64,000 nt of DNA from Azolla caroliniana (GCA_043228905.1 JBHGNT010000018.1:17236001-17300000), one strand, 5' to 3'; counted from the stretch's first letter, positions 26,935 to 41,542 are shown. The notes: generated by a model not told the origin, from the letters alone. A program made the numbers and translations.

Positions 26935-27735
26935 GTGCGTAAACCGCATCTGCATCCCCTGGTCGACGATTTGTCCAACCGACACCAGGTTCTTTGTGAT
27001 AGTCGAAACATGTAGTACATTCATCAGCTTCTCCTTCTGTCCGACATGGCTCAAAGGGACTTCTCCGACATGCACAATCAGGTGAGGGGTGTCGTCTCCG
27101 GTTTCAACGATTCCCGGTTGTTCCGGTTTCTCCAAAAACGAGAACCACTCTTCATGGCTCATGATGTGGTTGGATGCTCCAGAATCAATGTACCATACTT
27201 CCTCCAATCTGGAAGTAGTCTTCTTCATCGGTTAGCCTTGTGCTTCATCACAAAGGATGACCCTTTACCGGTCTTCTCGATGCTGGATCCTTCCAATCCT
27301 TCTGCGTAGTGTGAGCTTTGTCGATTTCTATGCCTTCAGTTCTGCTCTTGCCAGCCGCCTCCATTGTGTGCCGACACACCTCGTCCACCACGTCCACGGG
27401 GTTGATCTTTCTCTATGTACAGCATCCGATCGTCCGATTAAGTGGTCTAAGAACCACTCATGTGGTTTTCTTCGATCATTAGCATTGATTGCTAGTCAAA
27501 GAAAATCGGTGGCTTATCCCAGGTGCACCGCTGTCCAGATTGGCCTGTACCTTTGCGCTATACCACCGAGGCAGATTTGTACAATCTCGTCTTCATCCAC
27601 CATTACGTTGATGGACCCGAGTGCGTCACAAATCTCCTTTATCTTGGTGGTGTAATCCGTAACCGACATGTCTCTTTGCCGGATGTTGTTCAACTCTTGT
27701 CGGAGCTGCAACTTACGGGTTGTGGTACTCACGGC
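26935..27735 (-). pseudogene. LTR-less Copia gag/protease fragment
   Basis: 'KLQLRQELNNIRQRDMSV', 'WYIDSGASNH'; same family as C1 and C3. Confidence 0.75.
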
Positions 27736-28518
27736 GAATATTTTAGATGGGAGTGGCTCTCGTGGGGTGATCCATCTATATCGGGTGTAAATTTGCCATA
27801 TTTCTTGGCGTATTACTTTATTACGGTCTTCATGAGATATTAGAGTTTGATCAGTCCCATGGTTGTACTTAAGGGGAGGTAGGTTATTAATGTCTATGCC
27901 ATTTGCAAGTAACCAACTCACTACAGTGCTATACCAAGAGCTAGTGTCTCCAAACGCATATAGGGATCGGGATGCCTCAAAGGCTCGACGGGAGATCCTA
28001 TCTTGTGGTTGGCTATGTATGCAATGAATAAAAACTACCACTTGGAAAAGTGCTTCTACTAACATCGGGGCCAAACTGAACTCTGCTCTAATAATGTCAT
28101 GTGGTACTGTCGATTTGCTTCAGAGTTGACGTGATAGCATCGTCACCAAAGGTCTCTCTAATTGCATCCACATAAAAGATGGTAGACCTAGATCCCATAT
28201 TATTGATGCATACATGAGGGAAGGGGCCACTAATGAGTCAAAGAGTCATCCCTTAGTTCGTGGCTCTTGAAAGTATGCATGGTGGCGTTGTCTCTCTAAG
28301 AGTGATAGGGATGCATACCCTCTCGTTATCCTATGATTGGTTACCTGGGTCATCTAGAATTTACCTGAATGAGCACTCAAAGTGACTCCTAAGTATACAT
28401 ATGATCCAACTACCTCAACTGGTTTATGAGAGAGGATTATGTGGCATTTACTCCTAACTCGGGACGATGTATGAATGATAAGGACTTTAGTTTTCGCTAG
28501 ATTCACAACGAGTCCTCG
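27736..28518 (-). pseudogene. LINE ORF2 fragment (same family as 28662-61800 and 61950-64000)
   Basis: 'VVNLAKTKV', 'YVYLGV', 'MLVEALFQVVVF'. Confidence 0.8.
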
Positions 28519-29613
28519 TAGAGAGAGAGACAGATATATGTATATCTTTGCATAATGTAGAGAGAGAGGGAGACAGATATGGATATATCTTTGCACAATG
28601 TAGAGAAAGAAAGAAAGAAAGAAAGATATATTAACGTCTTCTAAGGCCAAAATTGGCCCATGAGACAAATGGTTTACAAAAAAATGGGATATTTACCCAT
28701 TCATCGAAAGTAAAAATAAAAATAAGATAAAAATAGAGTTTAAGCTAAATAGCTCTAAGAAAATAACAAACTTGTTCTATATAAAAAGTATGTTGTACAA
28801 TGAAAATGATGTTAAACTAGGCCTAATTTCATTTCTATCCAAGTCTCTCGAAGAGAAGTGGGAGGTCAAAGGGTTGTGATGTGGATGTGGCCCGTGGTCC
28901 CAATGTAAAAGATACCCCAACCATAGCTTCTAGTCGACGTAGCTCACGTTCCCTTATCTTCTTAATCTTTTCTACTCCAAGTCGACTTGTTTTGAAGCCC
29001 AACATCCAAGGGCGTTTGGTTGTTCTTTGCATTTCTACTTCCTCAAGGGAGAGGCCGAGCGGCGTAAGTGTATCCACAATAATCGTCTGCCCTTGTTCCT
29101 GAAAAATTACACTAGTTACATGTTGATGAATAGTAAAAGGGTTATGGTTAACACTTTGTAATTTATTCTCCCTATATTGTTTTAGTTCTAAGATATACCT
29201 ACCTAGTCTCTTTACACTTGGGGTATCTAATAGTTTGGAGAGGGTGGGAGAGCGTCCTAATATGTCTTGGTATTCCGCCCGTATCTCGGCATAAGTTGGG
29301 CACTTGCATGTGAAGTGATACTCATCCTCTATCTCTATGTAGCATAACCTACATAGCCTTTCCTCTCTAGGGACTCTATTAGCCCGACCATTCTCAAACT
29401 CAAGTTAGTGAGATGATATCCTAAGTTGTCCAATGGCCACCCTTAGTGCATTTGATAAGAATGTATCTAGATATCTTGGTCGTGTAATAAAACCTAACTT
29501 AGAGAAGTGCAAGAAGTGTTCCTTATAGTACAACATTTTTTATGGGAGTGGCTCTCGTGGGGTGATCCATTTATATCGAGTGTAAATTTGCCATATTTCT
29601 TGGCGTATCAATT

Positions 29614-29649
29614 AACACGTTCGCGTTCACAAGTGGAAGGATTGCACAT
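29614..29649 (+). repeat. Left TIR AACACGTTCGCGTTCACAAGTGGAAGGATTGCACAT
   Basis: Reverse complement of 52557-52592 with 2 mismatches. Confidence 0.93.
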
Positions 29650-32600
29650 TCCACTTGTAGAATCTTCTTAAAACGAAGCAAATACACCCTCTCTACAAAA
29701 ATTGGATGCACTAGTATCACATGTTCCTCAACTTGATGAGAATTTGCAAATATAAAAATACATGATAGGTCTACGAGTGGAGATCATTAGAAATCATGCA
29801 AGTTTAGACGCGTTGATAAGTTAATGTAGGCATAATAAAGTTCAACAATGGCTCAATATGTCACTACTGTGCGGCAAGGGAAACACTAACTTAAAGACTT
29901 ATATTAATTAGGTAAGTTTTACAAAAATATCAGGTGTACTTGTATCCATACTAATAAAATGAGTTATAATTTATACTTTGACCCATACGTGCATGTATAT
30001 AATTGTGGAAAATGTAGGATAGTGCACATTAGGATAAGTGATTGGAATAACTAACTTATTAAAGTATTTAATACTTGTATTTAAAGTTGATCTAATCTAT
30101 TCCTCATTTTGTTCATATGGGATCAAACCATATGTATATAATTGTGGACAATGTAAGGCAGTGAACTTTAGGATAATGTCGTGGAAATAACAAACCTATT
30201 AAGGCTTTCATACCTGTATTTAAAATTGATCTACTCTATTGCTTAGGTGATTCACACAGGATCAAACTCCGAACGATAACGCAACTGGAACCATTATCAA
30301 CACACTACACAATCTAAGCAGCAATGGAATAGAAACATAATAGTTTTAACAATAGAAGACAAAGATCCATAATAACAACATGGACAGTCATTGCAACAAT
30401 TGTAGGGCCATGTTCTGTTAAGGTTAGCTTGGACCAAAATCAGCCTCAATTTAAACTAATTCATGTTTCTCCATAAATTTGGTAGTCAGTTATGCACGCG
30501 GTGAAACCAATGTCATAAATCTACTAACCAAGTATATAAAAATAAAATTGAAACATATAGAAGATTATAAAGAATAGAATCCACTAGGTAAAACCCAAAA
30601 TTTGTATTAATAATGTGAAATCCAAACAAATCGTCAGTATCATTTTCTTCATAGAGTTTATTACATAGCAATCAATTCATCAACGTCATTTTCTTCATCA
30701 TCTTGTGTAGAACTCTCTTCGGCTATGCGTGCATTGGCTTCCCCTGTTAGCCGAGCCAACGAAATATCTTCTATAAGCTCATCATCAAGCTCTATTAGCT
30801 CCCCCGGTTCGCCGGCTAACAGAGGAATAGGCTCTCGCGAAGCAGGTTGAAACCTTTCTATATTAGCGAGGTTCTTTGCACCGACCTCCTCATCCTGGTT
30901 TGGGCACTCCCACAAAGCCTTAATCCGCATATTAATAAATATAACCTACTCCTCGTCCTTCTCCAATGCAACTGTATTTCTAAAGATCTTCAATGCAAAT
31001 GCAGATGTCGTTCCTGTGATGTAAGTAACAAGAAGATTTAGTTGTCAAACAAAAAAGATTCGGGATTGGTTATCTCAAGATTGTTACCCTAGTTCGAGGA
31101 ATACCTGTGCCAAAAAAGAGATCTAATATCCAGTCTCCTTCGATAGAAAACATCTCGATCAAGCGCATCATAAGTCGCTGAGGTTTTTGATATGGGTTGA
31201 CAAGTCCTCGTTCTGTCGTGGTGACATGTCGCAATTTCCATGTCACTGCTCCTTGATTCTCTGTTTCTTAATTTCATCGAAGTAGCCAACCGTGATGTAT
31301 TCAATGGCATTAACGAACCGAAAAGTTGGCCCTCTATTTACATTGGTTTTGATCCTATAAAAAATAATACATCAAGTTAAGAATAAATTGAACAACCTTA
31401 AGAAATGCAATATAGTGAAAGACACCTATAAATAATCCTTACCATGCAAGGTTCTCGATGCCATGACAACAAGATCTCAAAGCTTGAGCTACCGAGTACC
31501 CTTGGTCCATACTATGAAAGACAACTATTCGCCACAAGGATGCAGTCGTTAGCTCAACGAAATCCTTGACCATCTTCTCCAATTGTTTAAACCTAAATGG
31601 TTCATCATCGTATGATGACCCAACCATTCGAAATCCGTAAGGAATATCCGCAATCATTAGCGTATATTCCTTCTTTGGCACCTTTTGGATCAAGTCGACG
31701 ACATCACCACAAACCACATTGTAGTAAAGATCTCTCGTAATATCTTTTTTGTGGCTAAATTTTTTAAAGGAGCCGTCTTCCTCCATTTCATACGCCTTGA
31801 CTAAGTGATGATCCTTTTCTTTTCTGGCTTGCTCGAGATGTGCAAGGAAGGATGTAGGGAAATCGTGTATATCCTTAACTTCTCCTTGTTTCTTGCCTCA
31901 ACACAGTTTCTAATAGAAGCAATAGGACATCATGTATTATTATACAAGCTCTACATATGATGAAAGGGTAATGAAAAACCATCAATACTAACCCAATCCT
32001 TGAATGCAATAAAATACTTTGATAACGCCTTATATGAAGACGTTAGAGGATAATCCTCGGTCACTTGTTCCCAAGTTATACATCCAAGTTGTTTCATCAT
32101 AACTTCTTGGATCTTCATGTACACCTTATGACTGTAAAATTAGAAATCAAGATTAGAACTTTGAATTACACCATATAGACAACAATTTCAGTATTTGAAA
32201 GACTTACTTATTGAACTCATTGACCATTTCTTCAAGGCTTAAATCTTTCGCCACAACCCTTGACAAAACAGACACAAGAAGCTGCTCATCCTTAATACCT
32301 TGCATCGCTCTCCATAGAGACAGCTTCATGTCGTCTGCCGCTTCTTCAATTGTCAAGTCAATTTTCTTGGCGGCTTGTGACTTTAACTCTAGTTGAGGGT
32401 CAACCTTACATTTCTTTTGTCGTTGACGCTTTACCTCCTTATTCTCCCACATTGAGAAGATTTGATCTTGTAGGTCCAATACTTTTCCATCTCTAAACGC
32501 CAATTGAAACCAAGACTCATATTTTCGAAGACCATCGGACTTAACATTATCATCTACAACAATGCTCACTTCATGTAGACATTGACGTCGTAGGCTTGGA

Positions 32601-33690
32601 TGTAACTTCACACCAAATTTTTGTTTCACTTCCAAATACTCGTGGTGGAAGAACCGTATACGCTCAATCGACGACATTTTCTGCCTATAGTCATTATCAT
32701 TATTATGGTCCCATGCCAACAGCTTAGCCTCTTCGGTTGTGAGCCCAACATAAATTTTGCACTCGGCATACTTGAAGAAGAAAGTCGTTGGATGTTCTCT
32801 CACAAGTTGCCGACGTGCCTCCGTTGAATGCAATCCACCAATGACAAAGTAATTATATTGATCATGCTTTCTAATATCAAAATCTTCAATGGCTTCACAT
32901 TCTTCAGGATCTACCATAACAATAAAAGGCACCACAGTGGCATGAGGATTAATTTTCATTTTTTTCTTGAGATTTTGAACATGCATGCGGTGTGCCTCTC
33001 TAATCTCAAGTGGTCGTCGACCTGTTTTTTCATCAATAGGGGGCTGATGGATGTGTGTTATAGGCAAATTAAACACTTGCCCTTTCCTGACCAGTTTACG
33101 CTGCATTAACTCTCTCCTTATCTTATTCTGCTCGGATGACAAAACACCCAATGCCAGCTCAACCCCTAGCGTCCCCTTATTGTCCTCCTCTTCGTTTTCA
33201 CTTGTTGAATCGGAGTCCGACATTTTGGTTGTCTTCTTCTTTGGTGGTCTTGACTGGACTTTGGATACCCTTTTTGTGGCCTTCAATGGGGAGGGCACTT
33301 CATCTCTTAGAGTTAAATGGCCTTGTATATAAGGCCTCAAGGTAACAATAAGGTTTTGTGAGCTTTCAAGATCTTTTTTGAACGCTTCTGGCCCAAAAGA
33401 TTCCTTTACTAAAAGATCTTCTGAAAGGAACACTTTACGTACCCCCTTGGAGCACTCTATCATTACTAGTATGTTGGCCGAATCTGCATCTTCATAGTCA
33501 AATCGTAGAATACGGCCATACATAAATGGGGTTTCCTTTCCAAGCTGCCTCTCCCCCTTCTTCTTTGTTGTATACAATACGACTTTTTTCTTTGAGTCGA
33601 CGTATTGCATACACCATTCCTTGTTCGTTAGATCACGGTCAGGAAGGTCTTCACCTCCAGTAGCTGCTACAAGTTTATTTTGGCTAACGT

Positions 33691-34377
33691 TGTCGTGAAG
33701 AAAACCGTCCCAGGCGCAAATCGTGTATAGTGTATGTGAACCAGCCCTTACACGTGGGCACGTCCCTTGTCGTATAACAGATAGGTAGGCGCAAGGGTTA
33801 GATCCTAGGTAGCAATATTCTATAGGGAGAATCGAGGAGTATCTCTGTCCGAAAGGACAGAGAATTAATGTGATGTAAACGGGCAAGACGGCCTCCCTCC
33901 TTGAGCTATAAAAGAGAGGGAGACGGGGGAGAGATGGGATCGCGCGCTAGAGGGGACGAAGTGTTGTCGGACTGGGACCGAGCTCTTCTCCTCTGTCGTT
34001 CTCCATAGCTTTCTTGGCGCAGGTTCTCGAGAGGCTGATTCTGCTTCGTGGAACACCCGTGTGCTTCCGGCAGAATCTCCATCTTGCTCTCCTGCGTGCG
34101 TAGGTGATCAGGCGCCGACATCCGCCTCGCCGACCTGGTCGGTTGTAACCGTTCGAGTCATCTGCATACACGCAAATACATGCATATTGTTACATACATA
34201 CTCTACTATTCTCAACTCGTGTCTCCTGTGTTGTTGTGCGAGCGCCCCGTGCGCTTCTTTGTCTATACGTGAGTGAGTGTCTCTCTCTTTCTCTCCTTTC
34301 GCTTCCTCACCTATTCCTCGGTCCAAGACCCCAGTGGTCCCGCCTTGTTCTCCACGCACGCACGTAACAACACGACA
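33691..34377 (+). repeat. 5' LTR of Gypsy A
   Basis: TG...CA ends; repeat of 46806-47493. Confidence 0.95.
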
Positions 34378-34381
34378 TATT

Positions 34382-34399
34382 TGGTGAACCCGACGTGAA
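34382..34399 (+). promoter_or_regulatory. Primer-binding site complementary to the tRNA-Trp 3' end
   Basis: TGGTGAACCCGACGTGAA is the complement of plant tRNA-Trp ...UUCACGUCGGGUUCACCA. The same site occurs in element B at 40868-40885 (minus strand). Confidence 0.8.
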
Positions 34400-35602
34400 C
34401 AGGTGGCAGAGTAGAAGATGAGGGGGTCGGACCTCGCAGAAGCCATGGCTTCGACTGTGGACCGTATAGTGAGTGCGCGCGAAGGCACCAACGCCGTTGA
34501 TAGGGCTATCGAGGCGGTTGTCAATACGATCGGCTGGTTTAGTGGGAAGGATGCCACGAGCTACTTGGCGTCCTACCGGCCTGAGATGGTAATGAGGGAC
34601 ATTCCGGAAGAGAGGCGACTTGCCGGATTCCCTCGAGTGGCGATGCCAGGCATCCATGCGGAGGTGCTCGAGGTACGGGCTGAGAGCCGAACCTGGGAGT
34701 TCGAAGGTCGGCTCCTCGAAAGATACGGGCTTGATGATGCGCTTCGACTTTCGAAGCGGGACTTCATGGAGTGGGTGGAGACCCCCGACAAAGGAAGGAA
34801 CGTGTCAGTCCTCCTTCGGGAGTTTGAGGAATGCTTCGCGCTGTCGCGTTGCTATACGCGTGCATGGAGAAACGAGGCGGGACCACCGGGGTCTTGAACC
34901 GAAGAGCAGGTGATAGAAGGGGAAAGAGAAGGAGAGAGAGGCCCGGTCACGTATGAGCAAAGAAGCACAGGGGCGTGGTCCGTCAACACAGAAGACACGA
35001 ATGGACACAAAGACAGGGAGAGACAAGTGTTTGTATATTAACAAATAACAAGTACCCAGTAGAACACGCGAGCGGCTACAACCGAACAGGCCGGCGAACA
35101 GATGCTGATGCCTGTTCGTCTACGCACAAAATGGGGATAGGATGGAGGTGCTGCCGGAAGCACATGGGCGTTCCTCGAAGCAGCGCGAGCCTCCCGAGAC
35201 CTGCAGAGAAGAGCAACAGAGAACAAACAGAGGAGAAGCGTTCGGTTCCGGTCCGACAGCACTTCGTCCTCCTCAATGCGCGATCCCTTCTCCTTGCGTC
35301 TCCCTCTCCTTTATAGCGTCAAGAAGGGAGCCGTATCCCTCATTTACTTCCTACCTACCGAATCTAACTACCCCGGATCTCTCTCTGTACCTAATTCTTA
35401 TATTATATACACTAAGAGCGCGCACACGTGAAGGGCCGGTTCATGTGCGCTATTCACCGATTGCGCCAGGGGACGATTTTCTTCACGACATCCGCCCCCA
35501 CCTGACCGCGCATCCACCGGGATGCGCCAAAATTGGCTTTTGGTTGGAGAAAACCGGTCTGGGTTCCGTTTCTTCGTCCATCGGTTCGCCCTCCGTTTCG
35601 AA

Positions 35603-38600
35603 CTACTCGTCTTCGCTGTCCAGGCCTCTTAGATCTGGTTCGTCGTCGTGGCGTTTCTTGAACGCTTTCACCCGCTTCCCTGCAACCGGCATCGCCATCC
35701 TTGTAACGTCGAGTTCCGCCAGGTGATACGTCCCGTTGTCGTTGGCGCTTGTTACCACGTAAGGCCCGAACCACAGCTTCGCGAACTTCCGTGTTGCTCG
35801 GTGCTGGTTGTCGAGGCTGTTGTCGTAGACTAGCACCCAGTCGCCTTCCTCGATTTTCTTTGGTCGGAGCCAGTGCGTCTAGTCGAACCGGGCTTTGTTC
35901 TTCATCCTCGCTGCCCGAAGTCTCTCCGCCACTCGTTCCACGTCCTCTGGCCTCCGCTCGAGCTGCCGTATACGCGCCGCTAGCAGTTCTTCCCGACTCA
36001 TTTCGTTACTCCAGTCTACTGTCGCCCAAGAGGATATCGTCCGTTCCATCGGCATGATCGGCTTCTGTCCGACCATGAGCTCTGACGGCATGAACCCGGT
36101 TACCGAACTGTGTGTTGTCCGGTCCGCCCACAAGGCGTAAGGTAACAGCCGAGGCCAGTTCCCGACCTGGTCTCCGCATGCCCGAACTAGCGCTTTGACG
36201 ATTGGCACGTGCCCGCGCTCTACCTTCCCGTTTGCCTCCAGATTATACGCTATGGTGAGCGAGAGCTTGACCCCCAACCGGTTGAACAGCTCCTCGGCCT
36301 CTTCGGCGTCCAACTCCCCGCGGTCAGCCACGATCTTTCCGACGCACCCGTACCGGCATATCACGTCCTCGATCAGGAACCGACACATGGCCGCGGTTGT
36401 TTTGTTCTGCAGGGCTTGGCCTTCCACCTGGTTCGTCAGGTCCTCCCAGGCCAACACCAGATATCGCATCTGTCCTACGCCCATCGGCATCGTCACCAAA
36501 TCTACCATCCATTTGAAGTGGATGGCCGGAGGGTATGTGGGGTGAAGCTCGTCCCGATGTCGAACTATGGAGTGCACTTGACAGCTCTCACAAGTTGTCA
36601 CGAACCGATGCATGTCCCGGTACAATCCCGGCCACCAGTACTTCCCCTTTAGCTTCTCGAACGTGGCCCACGTCCCACGATGCCCAGCCCAGGGGCTGTC
36701 GTGGTAGGCCTTCAGCAGTTCCTCCTGATCCTCCTTCGTCGCCGCTACTCGGAGCGGGATGTCGTTCCTCTTCTTCGAGTGCTTCCACAAGTATCCGCCC
36801 CGGAGAAAGAACCGGTACGCTTTCTTCCGGATCCGGTTGGCCTCGTCCCTTGTACGCTATCCACCTGAGCATCGCCAGGTCCGGGGTTGCGCATCCGGAA
36901 ACCATGCCGAGGATCGGCAGGCAGTCCGTCTCGATAATCACCTCTGTCCCAATCAGATAGTCTTTATCGGCCTTTACCGCCGAAACGATACCCCAGAGTT
37001 CGCGTTTAACCTGGGCGTATCCTCGTTGTCGCTCGCTGAGGACTTCGCGCCGAACCGGATTGGGAACCGGATGCCGTCCTCGTCTTCTTGGTTGACGACC
37101 CATCCGATCCCGGTCGGACTGGTATCTACCGTTATGTAGACGGGATTGCCCTTCTCGTAGAATGCCTTCCGGAGTGCCGAAGCCGCAGCAAGAGCCTCCT
37201 TCATCTTTCGCACCATCTCCATATGCTCGTCTCGCCATTCGAATTTTCGCCCCTTTTTTAGCAACCCGTACAGCAGCTCAGCAACGTGGGCATAATGTGG
37301 GATCCATATGTGGTAGAACGCGCATGCTCCCAAGAACCTCCGTACCTCCATGACCGAGTTACAGTCGGGCTTCATTGCGGAGATGGCTTCCACCTTTGCT
37401 GGAGACGGTTTCCGGCCATACGGTCCGCATAGATGTCCGACGACCATGATCTCTGGAGAAGGTGAGCCTCGCGTCCTCTAGCCTCTGCAGCACCCTCTCG
37501 CAGTCGTCAATGTGTGTCGCCACGAATTTCCGGCATCCATCCGGTCCGATCATTCCGTCCTTTTCCTCCACCGGACATCCCTTGATTGGGATGTCATCCA
37601 AGAATGGCATGGTGATGTCCGGGATACAATCCCTCAGCACCTTGTTCATCGCATTCACCATGTGGGCCACCAAGTTCGTCCCTCCCTGTGGCAGGGTACA
37701 CATCCGCACTAGGCCGAGAGGAGTCCGCATCGTCGTAATGTCTCTGCTTTCTACGGCTAGCTGGAACTGATCGTACCCCGAGTACAAATCACCGACCGAG
37801 TAGATCGACCTTCCGGTGAAGGCCTCCGCGAACTCGTCTATCGTTGGTCCGATTCCTGCGTTCCGAATGGTCACTCTGTTGACCGGTTGCAGGTCTTGAA
37901 TGAAGCGCAACGCCCCGTTCTTCTTCGGTACGGTAAACCACCGGTTCGAGTACGGGGCACTCGACGGTTCGAGGATGCCCATATCAACTTTCTGCCTTAA
38001 TAGCTCCATCAGCTCCGGGATGTGAGCTCTCAGTACCGAAATTGGTTTGAGATTCCATGGCACATGCGGTACCGTGAATATCACCATCGGCTTCACGACT
38101 GTCGGGTCTACGCACCCGATCTCTCCCGGCGAGAATGCGAAGGCTTTCCCATGCCTTCCGAGCATTCTCCGAAACCGGTCTTCTTCCGCCGGCAGTAGGA
38201 ACCCGCCCCCACCGACCTTGAGCTCCCGTAGCGTTCTGTCGGTGAAGGCGTGCCCTATGCAGGCCGGATCTCGTAAACGGGGGTCCGACGCGACCCCCTT
38301 GATTCGTAACTCGCTGCCCTCCGGTAAGGGTGTCGCGACTGGCCTTACCTTCCACTCCACAGTTTTGTACTTCGTGTTAACCCGAGCCGTCTGATCCGAC
38401 TCGAGCCCTTGACTGAAGTCCGCGATGACTTCATACATCTCTTCTGAACAAACCGGTATCGTCCGGTCTTCTTTAAGGCCCTCTCTGACCACCTCTCGCA
38501 GTATTCCGAAGGTATCGTCGAAGGAGACCGCCTCCACGGCTCCGTTGATTTCCTCGCTGGGCCCGAGAACTCTGCACGCCCGAAGTCGCTTTTCCGCTCT

Positions 38601-38778
38601 TGTCTTTTCTCGGCCTACGACGCCAACTATCGTACACCCTCCGCTGTCGGAGAAACAAAACTTCCTACTTATGGTACAAGGTTTCTTCGGTTTCGCTTCT
38701 ATCGTACATTTGTGGGGTTTTCCCAGAGTGTCCGGACTGTCGCAGCCCCACGCCTTGGAAGCACTCTCTAAAAATCCT
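35603..38778 (-). pseudogene. Gypsy B pol (RT, RNase H, integrase), with deletions and frameshifts
   Basis: 'DLYSGYDQF', 'LPQG', 'PFLDD', 'VDTSPTGIG', integrase 'VDLVTMP..ADRGE..NGKVER'. Confidence 0.9.
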
Positions 38779-40818
38779 CTTGGTTCTCGCCACCGAGGGA
38801 CTCCCGGTTTCACTCGTGGTTCAGTCGCACCGTCAGGAACTGGACCGAATGACGCCCGTCCTGACATTTGACCCTCGCGTAAGCCGACCCGTTGTCCAGC
38901 ACCTTGGTCTCCATTCGCGCCGCCGTAATGTACGGTTCCCCTAGAATGACCGGGTGCGAGGACGTTTCCTGCACAAAGAAGTGTTGGTCTATTTCGACGT
39001 CGCCGATCTTGACTCGCACGTTTGGGCAGGCCCCGTGTAGTTCCTCGGTGGCTCGCGTCGTTGCCCATATCTTCCACCCGTGCTTAGTGTTGATCGGCCA
39101 TTTCCCCTTTTTGTAGAAGTCCATGGACATCAGGTTTATTTCCGAACCGTGGTCCACCAGTGCCACCACCGGTTCCTGAACATCTCCGATCTTCACCGGG
39201 GTTTCCGTGGTCGCTCGGGCCCAGTGTGGCCTTGAATAGTGGCTCTCCACCCACTCGTCTTCCAGCGCCATGTCCTCTATGTGCGCCGTCCGCACTTCCA
39301 ACGGCCTTCCCGGTTCTGCCTCTGTCGACAGCCTCTTCCTCTTCACCAAGTCCACGATGGAGTCGTGGAACTCCTTCTTGGCTATCCCGAGCACCTCTCG
39401 CAACGACAGTTCCACCTTGCTATCGAGGATTCGTACTTCCAGGACCTTTCGCAGGTCCGTGGTCCTTTCGATCTCCGTGCCCAACCGATATCCGCCCTTC
39501 TTGTGGTTATCCCGGGCACTGGACTCACCGGCCTCGATCCGTTTCGGCCCCTCCGGTTTTACCTACCCGTTTGTCTTCAACCAGAGCCTCGTAGTTCTGG
39601 CAAGCTGCTTCGACGAAACCCGTCTTTTCTTCGACCGGGTCACTCCATCCGGTTACCTCCTGGACCCGCTTCTCCGCGCGGTCCGCCTCGTCTCTCTTCA
39701 GTCGGGCACCGGTGAGGCCTTCCAGCACCGTCGGCCAGAATTCAGCTTTGCTCTCCTTCCGGGCCCCGCTGCCCCGGACCCGAATACCGGCTGATGATGA
39801 GTAGTGGACGGTCTCCGCGTGCCGGGCTGCCGCCTCTTCTATCAGCCTTTTCATTCCTCCTCTCCCGTCGTTTCGGTTCAGGGCCCTCCCGGTATCGCTG
39901 GCGTGCACCCGACCTTCCCACAGGTACACTACCCGGCTTCTCAAAGCCTCCATAAAGTCCCCGCAGTCTTTCCGGATGTGGCCGACCTTGTCGCACCACA
40001 TGCACCTACTTCCTACCGGAGGCCGTCGGTCACGAGCTTGATCGCCGCCTTCCCTCCGAGCCTGGGCGATCTGGAGATCCTTTACCGCTCGTGTAAACTC
40101 CTCCAGAGTTGTTCCCCCGGATGAGCCTCTGATCACGCCGATTGAAGGCGAACCGGTTTCGAACCACTCCCGGGTCTCTTCCCTTCGTGCCTGCGGTATC
40201 GGTTCGAGCTTCCTTGCTGCGACAGGTCCCGCCCCGGTCGCCTCTGTATCAGCCCACTCCAACCGTTTGTCAAAACGGCCGCAAACTCTCTTTACCACGG
40301 CCCAGTCGGTCGTCAGCCCGTCTTCGGTTTCCAGTAAGGAGCCAACTTTCCCCCGATCCCGTGCGTCAACCGATTTGACAAATAGTAGGACACAACTTGT
40401 GTCCAGAACAGTCCAACCGCGCAAAGCGTTCCTCAAACTCCCGGAGGAGTACTGACGCATTTCTTCCTTTGTTGGGGGACTCCACCCACTCCATGAAGCT
40501 CCGCTTCGAAAGTCGAAGCGCGTCATCCAGCCCGTATTTCTCCAGGAGCTGTCCTTCGAACTCTTCCCAGGTCCGGCTCTCCACCCGGACCTCGAGTACA
40601 TCCGCATGGATGCCTGGCATTGCCACTCGAGGGAATCCGGCAAGACGCCTCTCTTCCAAAATATCCCTCATCAGCATCTCCGCCCGATAGGACGCCAAAT
40701 AACACGTGGCATCCTTTCCACTGAACCGGCCGAACATACCGACGATCGCCTCAATAGCCCTGTCAAGGGTGCCGGTGCCCTCGCGCGCGCTCACTATCCG
40801 GTCCACGGCCGAAGCCAT
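38768..40818 (-). pseudogene. Gypsy B gag-protease (frameshifted)
   Basis: CMWCDKVGHIRKDC knuckle; 'LVDHGSEIN' aspartic protease. Confidence 0.9.
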
Positions 40819-41542
40819 GGCCTCTACAAGATCCGACCCTCTTATCTTCTGCTCCTCTGCCGCCTATTTCACGTCGGGTTCACCAATGATGTCGTGTTGC
40901 TATACGCGTGCGTGGAGAAACGAGGCGGGACCACCGGGGTCTTGAACCGAAGAGCAAGTGATAGAAGGGGAAAGAGAAGGAGAGAGAGGCCCGGTCATGT
41001 ATGAGCAAAGACGCACAGGGGCGTGGCCCGTCAACACAGAAGACACGAATGGACACAGCGACAAGGAGAGACAAGTGTTTGTATATTAACGAATAACAAG
41101 TACACAGCAGAACGCGCGAGCGGCTAGAACCGAACAGGCCGGCGAACAGATGCTGATGCCTGTTCGTCTGCGCACAAAATGGGGATAGGATGGAGGTGCT
41201 GCCGGAAGCACATGGGCGTTCCTCGAAGCAGCGCGAGCCTCCCGAGACCTGCAGAGAAGAGCAACAGAGAACAAACAGAGGAGAGGCGTTCGGTTCCGGT
41301 CCGACAACACTTCGTCCTCCTCAATGCGCGATCCCTTCTCCCTACGTCTCCCTCTCCTTTATAGCGTCAAGAAGGGAGCCGTCTCCCTCATTTACTTCCT
41401 ACCTACCGAATCTAACTACCCCGGATCTCTCTCTGTACCTAATTCTTATATTATATACACTAAGAGCGCGCACACGTGAAGGGCCGGTTCATGTGCGTTA
41501 TTCACCGATTGCGCTAGGGGACGGTTTTCTTCACGACAGCGC

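Larger units (their letters stand above)
34842..41538 (-). mobile_element. Gypsy element B, same family as A, inserted antisense into the gag of A
   Basis: 649-bp LTRs 34842-35490 and 40890-41538. PBS 40868-40885; PPT at 35491-35503; GCGC duplication at the flanks. Confidence 0.95.

Noticed and set aside
27514-28074. Chimeric LINE-gag ORF (186 aa) as a new fusion gene
   Set aside because: Chance in-frame junction of two decayed fragments at a deletion breakpoint.
29612-29620. CAC-ended CACTA/Transib element or TTAA-specific piggyBac
   Set aside because: Alignment to empty LINE sites needs no indel only if the termini are AACACG with an AATT/ACTT TSD, and the transposase motifs do not match those families.
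32204-33886. 560-aa ORF as a complete stand-alone gene
   Set aside because: Its first ~65 aa are antisense Gypsy LTR (repeated at 46806-47002), and its stop lies in an intron donor. It is part of exon 2 of the ParB-MTase gene.
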